A stretch of DNA of 64,000 nucleotides. It comes from Deltaproteobacteria bacterium (lineage in GTDB: Bacteria; Desulfobacterota; Dissulfuribacteria; Dissulfuribacterales; JALVPX01). Below the pieces are notes generated by a model. That model saw only the letters and a list, made by a program, of their open reading frames with translations, was not told the DNA's origin and made no database searches. The position numbers and the translations under genes are program-made. Within the stretch, counting starts at the first letter, position 1. Every line of letters begins with the position of its first letter. This document shows, piece by piece, positions 26,551-36,925 of the stretch. The stretch is from NCBI GenBank assembly GCA_027023445.1, contig JALVVK010000127.1, positions 10,615 to 74,614 on the forward strand, given 5' to 3'.

Positions 26551-28173
26551 TTAAAATAAACCGGCCAGCGAACCGGCCCCTTTTTCCCAAAGTATGAAAA
26601 GGAGACCACCGACCCCTGCGTAACAGGAAAATGCCAAAAGCCCGAGGCCTATGTTCTTAAAAAATTTCTTCCTTTTTTCATCCGGAGTCAGGACCAACGG
26701 AAGGCAGGCAACCATGGGAAGCTTCAGGGCCTTCGTGACCTCGTCAGGATCGTAAAAAGCCTTTGAGATAAATTCCAGCGCAAGAGCTGATCCGACCCCG
26801 GTGCCAAGGGCCAGGATCAGGGTCATGAGCAGGACCTTTTTGACATTCGGTTTTATCGGGGTCTCCGGCATACGTGCCGGATCAATCACCCTGAACTGCT
26901 CCCCCTCCTGCCTGCGTTCAAGGGCAGCGGCCTGTTCCGCCTCTATCTTCCGGGTAAGGAGATTATTATAGGTCTGCCTCAGGTTATTATAATCCCTGGT
27001 AATATCTATAAGCTCCTGTTCCCTCTTTGGAGTATCCTCAATCCGCTTTTTATAGACCTCTATCTGCTTTTTGATTTTTTTATTCTCTTCCTTCATTGCC
27101 TTGATTTCCATATCAAGGCTTTTGATCTGGTACCTGAGTCCAACGACAACCGCGTTCTGATACGGAGGTTCATCAGAAGAAGCCTCGTGCGATACCCCTG
27201 GAGCCTGGGTGCCATTCACTTGTCCGGCATGCCTATGTGCCTGTTCTTTTTCCAGCTTGGCGATAAGCTGTTTTGTGGCTATTACGTCCGGGTACTGTTC
27301 AGTGTACCTGGTCCTGAGATCCCTGAGTCGCTCTTTCAGGGACTCAAGCGTGACAGGAGCCCGGACACCGTCAGCATGCCCAGCGGCCTTGGCCAGACGG
27401 GTTGATGCCGCAAGACGCAGGTTGTTCTCTTCATCAGCCAGCTCGCGCTGTAACAGCAATTTTCTGTCCTCGGCTCTCCGGATGTCCTCCTGAAGTCCCT
27501 CCATCTGCTGGCCCAGGCGTTCCATCATGGCGATATTCGTGTCTCTCTGCTCAGGAAGCTCTCCCATGTGCTTCATCTTGTATTTTTTAAGGGCTTCCTC
27601 CCTTTCCTTAAGGCTTTTATAGACCTTCTCCAGTTGCTGCGCCAGAAACTCAGCCGTACTCTTGGCCTGGCTCTCTCTGAGCTTCAGATTCTCTTCGATA
27701 AACATGTTTGCAAGGGAGTTGCAGACCTTGGTGATGAGCACAGGATCCGTTCCTTCATAGGACAGGATAAAGGCGTTGTTTCTGTCGGTCCTCGGGCTCT
27801 CAATGCTGATCTTTTTCCGCATTAGCTCGACCACGGTCTCCATGGGATATTTTTCTCTCATGTCCGGGTAAAGGTTAAACTGCTGGATAAGCCTTTCCAG
27901 GGTGGTCCGGCTTATGACCTCCTGCCATATGCCCCGGATACGCTCCCGAACATTCCCTGTCACCGTGGAACGTACGTAATTTTCCGGCACCTTCTGGGGA
28001 ACCACCACAATGGTGGTACTCGTCTTGTATACCCTGGTGGCAACCAGGCAGTAGACAATCCCTGCGATAAGCAGGGGAACGGTGCCAAATATGATGACCC
28101 ATTTTCTTCTAAGGATCAGGGATAGATATCTATCCAGATCAAGCGGCTGTTGTTTTTCGGTCTCAGCGGCCAT
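26551..28173 (-). CDS. Polysaccharide chain-length determinant (Wzz/GumC-like, PCP family)
   Basis: N-terminal TM after LDLDRYLSLILRRKW, a long coiled-coil periplasmic region, and a C-terminal TM pair. Confidence 0.85.
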   Translation of the reverse strand: MAAETEKQQPLDLDRYLSLILRRKWVIIFGTVPLLIAGIVYCLVATRVYKTSTTIVVVPQKVPENYVRSTVTGNVRERIRGIWQEVISRTTLERLIQQFNLYPDMREKYPMETVVELMRKKISIESPRTDRNNAFILSYEGTDPVLITKVCNSLANMFIEENLKLRESQAKSTAEFLAQQLEKVYKSLKEREEALKKYKMKHMGELPEQRDTNIAMMERLGQQMEGLQEDIRRAEDRKLLLQRELADEENNLRLAASTRLAKAAGHADGVRAPVTLESLKERLRDLRTRYTEQYPDVIATKQLIAKLEKEQAHRHAGQVNGTQAPGVSHEASSDEPPYQNAVVVGLRYQIKSLDMEIKAMKEENKKIKKQIEVYKKRIEDTPKREQELIDITRDYNNLRQTYNNLLTRKIEAEQAAALERRQEGEQFRVIDPARMPETPIKPNVKKVLLMTLILALGTGVGSALALEFISKAFYDPDEVTKALKLPMVACLPLVLTPDEKRKKFFKNIGLGLLAFSCYAGVGGLLFILWEKGAGSLAGLF

Positions 28174-28177
28174 TATT

Positions 28178-29437
28178 TCATCTCCATTCGCGAGTAGCGG
28201 AAAGCCTGAAAAGTACCAGGGTATCCCTGAACTGGCTGTCCGCGTCCGATGAATACCTTTCCCTCTGCATCAGATTAAGGGAACAGGAAAGCCATGGCAG
28301 TATCCGATAGGAAACGCCCGCGGTTCCGCTCCAGAAATCATCCCGGGATGAGGTTATATCCCTGGATTCCTCATGATCATAGGAAATCATGGCATTCGTT
28401 GTTACGCTGGCGGAAAGTTTATATGTCCCGGAGAGGGACACGGACTTATAATCCGTGAATCCCCTTCTCTCCGCGTCGGTATATTCTCCCCTGGCTCCAC
28501 CGGTTCCGGAAAGGCTCAGGGAACCCCGCTCAAAGGTCCTGCTCAGGACAAGATTGTAAGAAATTCCCGTGTTATCCGGGGACGTCTGCTGCTGCCTTAC
28601 ATAATAACCCAGATGGGCACTGAGACTCATCACCTGGCTCAATGCCCGCTCTATGCCAAGGCTGCCGTTATGAACCCGGTAGTCATTATCCCCAGGCCCC
28701 TTATCTCTGAAAAGTTCCAGGCTGTAATCAATACTTAATGTAGTCCGGGGAGACCATCTGTACCGGTATCCGGCACCCATGGTATTTGTCTCCAGCGGAC
28801 TTGAGGTCTCAAAATCCGTTCTTCTCCACGCATAACTGAGACTGAGGCCATGCCTGTGACTGAACCAATAAGCCAGATTGATGCCAGGACCGTATTCATT
28901 GCTGTCCTCCACATCCGGGGCCTTGTTTTTGAGAAGGCTGTCTGAATATGTCATGGAAAGGCGGTCTTCCTCGCCAAAGACATATGAGAAACCGGTCTCA
29001 GCCGTATTTCTGTAATACCTGTTCCGGGTCTTCCTTACCGCTGTAATATGTGGATCCTGCTCTATGGGCTCTTCGCTCAGATAAAAGGTATCATTAAGCA
29101 GGAAGCTGAAACTACTGGAGAGCTGCTGATCAAGGCCCAGGTCAAAGGAATGCCCGATATAATTTTTCTCGGAGTAGCGCTTGAAATTGACCGAGTTAAG
29201 GGTGTAACGACCGTGCAGGGTTCTCGTTGCCCCTTCCTCCTCCAAACCCAAATTGAGGCCAACATCGGTTTCGAAATCAGACACCTCGTTGTCAGGCCTC
29301 AGATAAATATTGGAATCATAGCGCTCAGAGGCATCCAGCCCTGTGGTAACCCTTAATTCTGCCATGGTAAGGCCCTGAAACGAAAGCCAGATCGCAACAG
29401 CCAAAAAAACAGAAACCCAAAAGCCGGTCTTTGCCAT
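28178..29437 (-). CDS. EPS-locus outer-membrane beta-barrel protein
   Basis: Signal peptide, alternating beta-strand pattern throughout, and a C-terminal aromatic end (...LSATREWR). Its position between the export and chain-length genes matches the PEP-CTERM locus OMP. Confidence 0.65.
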   Translation of the reverse strand: MAKTGFWVSVFLAVAIWLSFQGLTMAELRVTTGLDASERYDSNIYLRPDNEVSDFETDVGLNLGLEEEGATRTLHGRYTLNSVNFKRYSEKNYIGHSFDLGLDQQLSSSFSFLLNDTFYLSEEPIEQDPHITAVRKTRNRYYRNTAETGFSYVFGEEDRLSMTYSDSLLKNKAPDVEDSNEYGPGINLAYWFSHRHGLSLSYAWRRTDFETSSPLETNTMGAGYRYRWSPRTTLSIDYSLELFRDKGPGDNDYRVHNGSLGIERALSQVMSLSAHLGYYVRQQQTSPDNTGISYNLVLSRTFERGSLSLSGTGGARGEYTDAERRGFTDYKSVSLSGTYKLSASVTTNAMISYDHEESRDITSSRDDFWSGTAGVSYRILPWLSCSLNLMQRERYSSDADSQFRDTLVLFRLSATREWR

Positions 29438-29454
29438 GACCCCCCCCGTTTGGC

Positions 29455-30099
29455 CTATGGAACTATGATTGTGTCCCCAGGCGCGAGCTCGATATTTGTA
29501 TCAAGGTCCTCTCCCCTTGACACCTTGCTGTAATTAAACCTGATTTTTCTTTGCCTGCCGTTTTCCATCCGTACTATGACGATGTTTTTTTCATCCGCCC
29601 ACTGGGCCAACCCGCCCGCAAGGGACAGGGCCTGAAGCACCGTAAGCCCATGGTGCAGTGGAAACTGGCCGGGGTTGTTTACCTTACCCATTATGTAAAT
29701 ATTTTTGCTGTGTATCTCCCGAACGGTCACTGAAACCGTGGGGTTGGACACATATCTGGAAAGGGCTTTTTCCAGCCGGGCTTTGAGCTGAAGGGGAGTC
29801 AGGCCGGCCGCGGTCACATCGTCCAGCAGGGGCAAGGTAATTTTCCCATCAGGCCTCACGGGAATAGTCCGTGAAAGATTGGGCTCTCGCCAGACCTGTA
29901 TTTCAAGCACATCTGACGGACCGATAATATAATGATTTACAGCCACCTGATTTTTCCGCACTTCTTTTTCGGGCGTCTGGGCGCATGTCAAAGTACACGC
30001 AACGCACAAAAGAAAGAGGGCTGAAATGGATATTGCGGCCGTCCAAAAACAGGACCCTGAATACCACGAAAAACAAAATTCACGAAGGTATGATCGCAT
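29455..30099 (-). CDS. Polysaccharide export protein (Wza/EpsA-like periplasmic component)
   Basis: Lipoprotein-like signal, YIIGPSDVLEIQVW (the PES motif region of Poly_export), and a SLBB-like C-terminus. Confidence 0.85.
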   Translation of the reverse strand: MRSYLREFCFSWYSGSCFWTAAISISALFLLCVACTLTCAQTPEKEVRKNQVAVNHYIIGPSDVLEIQVWREPNLSRTIPVRPDGKITLPLLDDVTAAGLTPLQLKARLEKALSRYVSNPTVSVTVREIHSKNIYIMGKVNNPGQFPLHHGLTVLQALSLAGGLAQWADEKNIVIVRMENGRQRKIRFNYSKVSRGEDLDTNIELAPGDTIIVP

Positions 30100-30102
30100 G
30101 AT

Positions 30103-30423
30103 TTATTTCCCCTCTCTGATACGGATCAGGTATTCCTCCCACTCGGCAGGCAGGAGGTACCTTTTCTTATTGTTACAGTCCTTGCAGGCAGGCACCAGAT
30201 TGCTCCTGATACTTTTTCCCCCTCTGCTCAGGGGGATGACATGGTCCATGGTCAACTGTGAAGGCCCGACCCTGCGCCTGCAGTAATGGCAGACGCCCCT
30301 GGCGCATTTATTTCTCCACCATCGGGTCTTCCTGAGCTCCCTTGCCTTGTTTTTTTCCCTCTGAATATCTTCTTCGTCAGATAGCGGGGAAAAATAGAAT
30401 TCTTTTTCAGAATGATGTTTCAC
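30103..30423 (-). CDS. Small HNH endonuclease
   Basis: 106 aa. CHYC...DHVIPLSRGG...NLVPACKDCNNKK is the HNH/zinc motif. GTG start. The stop lies 3 nt before the start of the export gene. Confidence 0.75.
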   Translation of the reverse strand: MKHHSEKEFYFSPLSDEEDIQREKNKARELRKTRWWRNKCARGVCHYCRRRVGPSQLTMDHVIPLSRGGKSIRSNLVPACKDCNNKKRYLLPAEWEEYLIRIREGK

Positions 30424-30504
30424 GGTTTAACAAACCCTGATTCCTTCTTGCGAACCCGGCAGGATTTTAAAAGGGTTCAAGGGGTAATTCCATTTGCTAT
30501 CTTT

Positions 30505-30590
30505 TTTCATGCACAGGAGCGCAAGACACCTCTTTGCATGAAAGTTTCGGGGATTTTTCCAACTTAACACCTAAAATAACCTAACACGCT
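30505..30590 (+). repeat. Family B repeat, hairpin plus TTAACAC module
   Basis: TTTCATGC (30505-30512) pairs with GCATGAAA (30536-30543). It is followed by AACTTAACACCTAAAATAACCTAACAC, which resembles 42054-42075. Confidence 0.6.
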
Positions 30591-30735
30591 ATAATTTTCC
30601 ATACGGATAATGCCGTTATTATCTTTATGAAGGGGCTATATCCATGGTAGAATTTCCAAAACCTCTGTAGAGGTATAAAAACTGTCAGGGAAATATTTAA
30701 ATATATCAGACAGGCCGTACGTTTGATCAACACGC

Positions 30736-31698
30736 ATGCATTCACCCATGTCATCTGAGCTGAACACGGATATAAACATACGCACGGGTTCCAGGGCCCT
30801 TTTGCTCAGGCAAAAGGTTCTTATGGAGGCCCTCCAGATCAATCTGCCGGGGATTTCGGGCAACGTCCGCCTCGCCCTGTCCATGTGTGCTGACGTTAAC
30901 ACCGGAGCAGCCGAACTTTCAGCTGCCCTGTTAAAAGATTATGCCATCACGCTGGCACTGATTAAACAGGCCCACTCCGCCTTTTTTTCCGTGGATAAGA
31001 CCGAGACATGTTCCATGCGCCATATTGTTGTCATGCTGGGCATGGACAACGTGACAAAAATTGTGCTTTCCTGTCCCAGACTGCCCTCTGAAGGGATTCA
31101 GGCAAGGAAATTCAAGCGAAGTCTTCTCGGGCACCTCATGGCCAGATCAGTAATGGCAGGTTTTATCGCCTGGAATATAGCTCCTGTATGGGAGGAAGAT
31201 CCAGGGAAAATGGCTGTGTGCGCCATGCTCTACAGCCTGGACGATATTGCCGTTGCCGCTGTTCGGCCCGGGGCCGCAAGGGTCCTGTGGGAGCTTCGTC
31301 ACGCGCCCAGAAACATGCAGAAGCTCTCCAGAAAAATGGTAGGGTGGAAACCCGGTGAACTGGGGATGGAGCTTGCTAAAAGGTGGAATCTGCCCAGACA
31401 GGTAAGATATTCCATAGCATTTAACGGACTGACACCATATAAACTCGACCCATCGACCTCGGTCATTACCCCTGTTACGGTTCACATAAACAGAGTATTA
31501 TTTTATGCGGGTCTTAAAAAACCCTATGCGGGCAGGAGACAGATGACCGAATGGAACGAGCTCAGGAACCTGGCCCGGGGCAGGGAAAAGCGCCTGGAAA
31601 AACTGTTTAAAAAGGGCCTGCTGAAATTCAGGGACGAGAACAGGTTCATGGCCGACATCATGTGGGAACAAGGCATGCTGGAAAACATGCTTATCTGA
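30736..31698 (+). CDS. HDOD-domain signalling protein
   Basis: 320 aa. LPGISGNVRLALSMCADVNTGAAELSAALLKDYAITLALIKQAHSAFF...IVVMLGMDNV follows the HDOD pattern. Confidence 0.65.
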   Translation: MHSPMSSELNTDINIRTGSRALLLRQKVLMEALQINLPGISGNVRLALSMCADVNTGAAELSAALLKDYAITLALIKQAHSAFFSVDKTETCSMRHIVVMLGMDNVTKIVLSCPRLPSEGIQARKFKRSLLGHLMARSVMAGFIAWNIAPVWEEDPGKMAVCAMLYSLDDIAVAAVRPGAARVLWELRHAPRNMQKLSRKMVGWKPGELGMELAKRWNLPRQVRYSIAFNGLTPYKLDPSTSVITPVTVHINRVLFYAGLKKPYAGRRQMTEWNELRNLARGREKRLEKLFKKGLLKFRDENRFMADIMWEQGMLENMLI

Positions 31699-32534
31699 GT
31701 TGGATATTGAATTCCCGGAAACAGAAACAACTTGAAAAAATCCTTTTTGCCGCTCTTGGCCGAAGGCCCGATCTCTACGGGCTGGTCCTGGGACAGGGTG
31801 GTTGGATAACGTACAAGGCCCTTAGAAAGGCATTGATTCAGGAGCCAGGCCTGACAGGCCTGCGCCTTGCCGGAATCAAAAATTTTTTTATCGTCACGCG
31901 GCCTGAACGCTTTGAATGGAAAGATGAAAAGGTCAGGGTGAGGCCGGAATACCAGGTTCCGAAACTGTGGGAACCGGTCGAGGTGGAGCCTCCTGAACGG
32001 CTTTATTGTGCCATACGTCCTGCCGCTATTCCCCATGTCATGAAACACGGTCTTGGACACGTATCCAGACCCAGACAGCTTGTAATGGCAGCCGAAAGGG
32101 AACTTGCCCAAAGGATTGGCCGCATCAGGGGGCCGGATCTGCTGCCTGTAAGCGTTCTGGCCGGAAGGGCATGGAAGGCCGGCATCAGTTTTTTCGTCTC
32201 AGTCAAGGAATGTTTCCTGGCTGATCATGTCCCTCCTGAATTTCTTTTGCTCCCCCCGTTGCCAAAAGGACTTAAAAAAGCGGGGAAAAAGAATCCGGAC
32301 AAAAAAACGGACAAATCAGGCAAAAAGCCACAGAAAACCCAAAAACAGCATGTTCAAGACCAGGCGGGTTCCTTTATGTTGAGACCTGAACATTTGCTGG
32401 GTATGATACCGCCATCTGGCGCAGACGCCGAAAGGATGCGGGAAAAGGGGAAGTTTGAACGAAAAAAAAGACGAAAACGGGGCGGCAGAAAAAATAGAGC
32501 CGGAACGCCATTTGGGAAAAACACGTCAAAATAG
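31662..32534 (+). CDS. Tpt1/KptA (RNA 2'-phosphotransferase)-like protein with divergent active-site positions and a Lys/Arg-rich tail
   Basis: LEKILFAALGRRPDLYGLVLGQGGWITYKAL... and ...LYCAIRPAAIPHVMKHGLGHVSRPRQLVMAAERELAQRIG...FLADHVPPEFL run parallel to E. coli KptA over their whole length. The start is uncertain: GTG 31662, CTG 31695 or TTG 31707. Confidence 0.55.
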   Translation: MGTRHAGKHAYLSWILNSRKQKQLEKILFAALGRRPDLYGLVLGQGGWITYKALRKALIQEPGLTGLRLAGIKNFFIVTRPERFEWKDEKVRVRPEYQVPKLWEPVEVEPPERLYCAIRPAAIPHVMKHGLGHVSRPRQLVMAAERELAQRIGRIRGPDLLPVSVLAGRAWKAGISFFVSVKECFLADHVPPEFLLLPPLPKGLKKAGKKNPDKKTDKSGKKPQKTQKQHVQDQAGSFMLRPEHLLGMIPPSGADAERMREKGKFERKKRRKRGGRKNRAGTPFGKNTSK

Positions 32535-32541
32535 AAAACAC

Positions 32542-33963
32542 ATGAACGGCCTTGCAAAAATTATCTGCCTCTTTATGGCATTTTCCATTCTGTTTTCCTC
32601 GAGTGCTTCCGCGCTCATGTCCGTGGAGGAAGAGCGCCAGATGAGGGGCAAGCTTCTGCAGATGGTAAGAGCCAGGGCCAGCCTGATAAATGATCCTGAG
32701 GTAATAGAATATGTCTCGGACATAGGGCACAAAATACTGGCGCACGTGAAGAATCCCCTTTTCCACTATGAATTTTTCGTTATCCGGGACGAAGGGATGA
32801 ACGCTTTTGCCATGCCGGGAGGCCTTGTTTTCGTACACACAGGTCTTATTGAAAACATCGATTCGGAAAATGAACTTGCCTGTGTGCTGGCGCACGAAAT
32901 CGGCCATGTTCAGGGGCGCCATATAGCAAGAAGGATGGAGCGCATGAAAAGGGTAAACATAGCAAGCCTCGCTGTTGCCGTGGCAGGACTGTTCCTCGGA
33001 AGCGGCCAGGCCGAGTCTGCCATACTTGCCACAAGTGGCGCTCTCAGCGCCTCAATATCCCTCAAGTACAGCAGGGAAGATGAAGAAGAGGCAGACCGAA
33101 GGGCCTATCAGTGGCTGTGCGCAGCCGGATACGATCCAAGAGGGCTTGTAAGGGTACTGAAAAAGATGCGGAAATACCGCTGGCTTGGATCTGACTCCAT
33201 ACCCAGCTATCTTTCAACCCACCCCACCACACCTCAGAGGATAACCTACCTTGAAGATCTGTATAACAGGGATGTCTGTCCATTGAAGGTAAAGGAGGAC
33301 ACCTTTAGGCTAAAACGTATACAGATCAAGGTTACTGTCCTCAGCCACGATCCGGCTATGCTGGAAAAAAAATTTTCCCGGGAACTCAAATCGGACCCCA
33401 ATAATATTTTTATGCTTTTTGGCCTTGCCCAGTCCCTGCTGGCTGACAGAGAGTATGACAGGGCAATAGGCGTATATCAAAGGTTGATCGCCAAGGGACG
33501 CCAGGGCAAAAAATTTCTTCCTGACCTGGGATGGGCCTTTCTTGCCGCCGGCAGATACCAGGATGCGATAAATATTTTGCGTCCGTATGCAGAGGCGCAT
33601 CCAGGGGATTACAGCGTCCGTTATGGACTGGCAAAGGCATACCTGGAATTGAAAAGGCCGAATCAGGCATTATCGCTGTTAGAGGATATAAAGGACAAAC
33701 TATCCAATCAAAGCGAAATTGCCCTTCAGATGGGTCGTGCAATGGAGGAACTGGGCAGACTGGGAGAAGCCCACTATTATTTCTATCTTCATTACAGGGA
33801 GACAGGGAACATGATGTCTGCAAGGTTCCACAGGCAAAAGGCCCTGGAGTTATTGCCACGGGATAGCGTGCTTTATAAAAAATTGAAAAATAACATGCAT
33901 GCCCGGGAAGATGATCCAGGTGGGAAAATAAACGGGGGAAGGGATAGCGGAGGCACAAACTGA
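32542..33963 (+). CDS. M48 family zinc metallopeptidase with C-terminal TPR repeats (BepA/YfgC-like)
   Basis: Signal peptide, HEIGHV (HExxH), a downstream EEEADR, and a TPR region. I prefer the ATG at 32542. Confidence 0.85.
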   Translation: MNGLAKIICLFMAFSILFSSSASALMSVEEERQMRGKLLQMVRARASLINDPEVIEYVSDIGHKILAHVKNPLFHYEFFVIRDEGMNAFAMPGGLVFVHTGLIENIDSENELACVLAHEIGHVQGRHIARRMERMKRVNIASLAVAVAGLFLGSGQAESAILATSGALSASISLKYSREDEEEADRRAYQWLCAAGYDPRGLVRVLKKMRKYRWLGSDSIPSYLSTHPTTPQRITYLEDLYNRDVCPLKVKEDTFRLKRIQIKVTVLSHDPAMLEKKFSRELKSDPNNIFMLFGLAQSLLADREYDRAIGVYQRLIAKGRQGKKFLPDLGWAFLAAGRYQDAINILRPYAEAHPGDYSVRYGLAKAYLELKRPNQALSLLEDIKDKLSNQSEIALQMGRAMEELGRLGEAHYYFYLHYRETGNMMSARFHRQKALELLPRDSVLYKKLKNNMHAREDDPGGKINGGRDSGGTN

Positions 33964-34427
33964 TGAAATCTTTCTGGCTGGTGGCAATATGCGTGGCCCT
34001 TCTGGACCAGGCTGCCAAGGCCTTCATCGAAAGCACTTTTTACCTGCATGAACTTCATCAGGTCATACCGGGTCTTTTAAACCTCGTCTATGTAACCAAT
34101 ACCGGTGCAGCCTTTGGCCTCATGGCAGGGACTGAAACATGGCGGCATCTTTTTTTTCAGGCTGTAAGCGTCCTCGCCATGGGGGGTATAGCTTATCTAT
34201 ATTATGCCGCGCGGTCCGGCAGCAGGCTCCTGTTCTGGGGCTGTTCCCTGGTGTTCGGCGGGGCGCTTGGCAATCTGATCGACAGGATTCGCAACAGATA
34301 CGTTACGGACTACATCGACTTCCACGTTGGTTCCCACCACTGGCCGGCATTTAATCTGGCTGATTCCGCAATCACCATAGGCGCGGTCTGCCTGGCCCTG
34401 TTTTTTCTCCTTATGCCGGAGGATTAG
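33963..34427 (+). CDS. lspA: Lipoprotein signal peptidase II
   Basis: NTGAAFG, GGALGNLIDR and FNLADSAI motifs. The start overlaps the upstream stop (TGATG). Confidence 0.92.
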   Translation: MKSFWLVAICVALLDQAAKAFIESTFYLHELHQVIPGLLNLVYVTNTGAAFGLMAGTETWRHLFFQAVSVLAMGGIAYLYYAARSGSRLLFWGCSLVFGGALGNLIDRIRNRYVTDYIDFHVGSHHWPAFNLADSAITIGAVCLALFFLLMPED

Positions 34428-34649
34428 CCAGGAGTCAGCCTATTATCCCGGATTACGGCCTGTTTATCTATGGTTCCGTAAAAAGTCTTCCGTTACCCAA
34501 GGCGCAAGTCTTTCTCTTTTTGATAGCAAACAGGTTAAATCGATTTTGGTTTTTGGGCGCTTTAACAGGCAACCCACCTAAAATAATAAACAAAATCACT
34601 TGGGATATTTTTTAGGTCCCCGGTTGAGCAGAAAAATAAAAAAGGGGTC

Positions 34650-34702
34650 TTGCAATCAAAAAAAACGTGTTTATATTAGCACTCGCTATTGATGGGTGCT
34701 AA
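34650..34702 (+). promoter_or_regulatory. Sigma-70-type promoter (TTGCAA-N16/17-TATATT) overlapping a CIRCE operator (HrcA site)
   Basis: CIRCE at 34676-34702 reads TTAGCACTC-N9-GGGTGCTAA, against the consensus TTAGCACTC-N9-GAGTGCTAA. It lies 80 nt upstream of groES. Confidence 0.85.
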
Positions 34703-34782
34703 CAAAAGGTGGCCACCTCTTTGGATCTTATTTAATTTATTAAACAAAAAATAACCAAAATAAACAAAGGAGATTGAGGGCT

Positions 34783-35070
34783 ATGAAAATTCGTCCATTA
34801 CATGATCGCATTCTTGTCAAACGTCTGGAAGAAGAGGAAAAGACCAAGGGAGGCATCATTATCCCTGATTCCGCCAAGGAAAAACCCATTGAAGGCGAGG
34901 TGAAGGCCGTGGGAAACGGCAGGGTGCTCGATAATGGAGAGACAAGGCCCCTGGAGGTAAAGGAAGGGGATCGCATATTATTTGGGAAATATGCGGGCAC
35001 TGAGATCAAGATTGAGGGCGAAGAATTCCTGATGATGCGTGAAGATGATGTCCTTGGAATCATTGAATAA
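34783..35070 (+). CDS. groES: Co-chaperonin GroES
   Basis: [14 protein letters not shown]... 95 aa, AAGGAG RBS. Confidence 0.96.
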   Translation: MKIRPLHDRILVKRLEEEEKTKGGIIIPDSAKEKPIEGEVKAVGNGRVLDNGETRPLEVKEGDRILFGKYAGTEIKIEGEEFLMMREDDVLGIIE

Positions 35071-35094
35071 TTAAATCGAGACAGCTTCATCTGA

Positions 35095-36768
<1,674 letters not shown>

Positions 36769-36812
36769 TACACGACGGTATAACAGAAATAGATTCACCA
36801 ACAAACCAAACA

Positions 36813-36850
36813 AGCAGGGGCCCCTTATCATATGGGGCCCTTGCTGTTTA
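36813..36850 (+). terminator. Rho-independent terminator of groESL
   Basis: 12-bp stem AGCAGGGGCCCC/GGGGCCCTTGCT with loop TTATCATAT, followed by a short U-containing GTTTA rather than a long U tract. Confidence 0.7.
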
Positions 36851-36925
36851 TAGCCTGCCATTCCCTCAGATTTCAGCGCCTTGCCATGGGGAATACTGAT
36901 CTGTTTTTTTGCCTCATTCCTTTAA

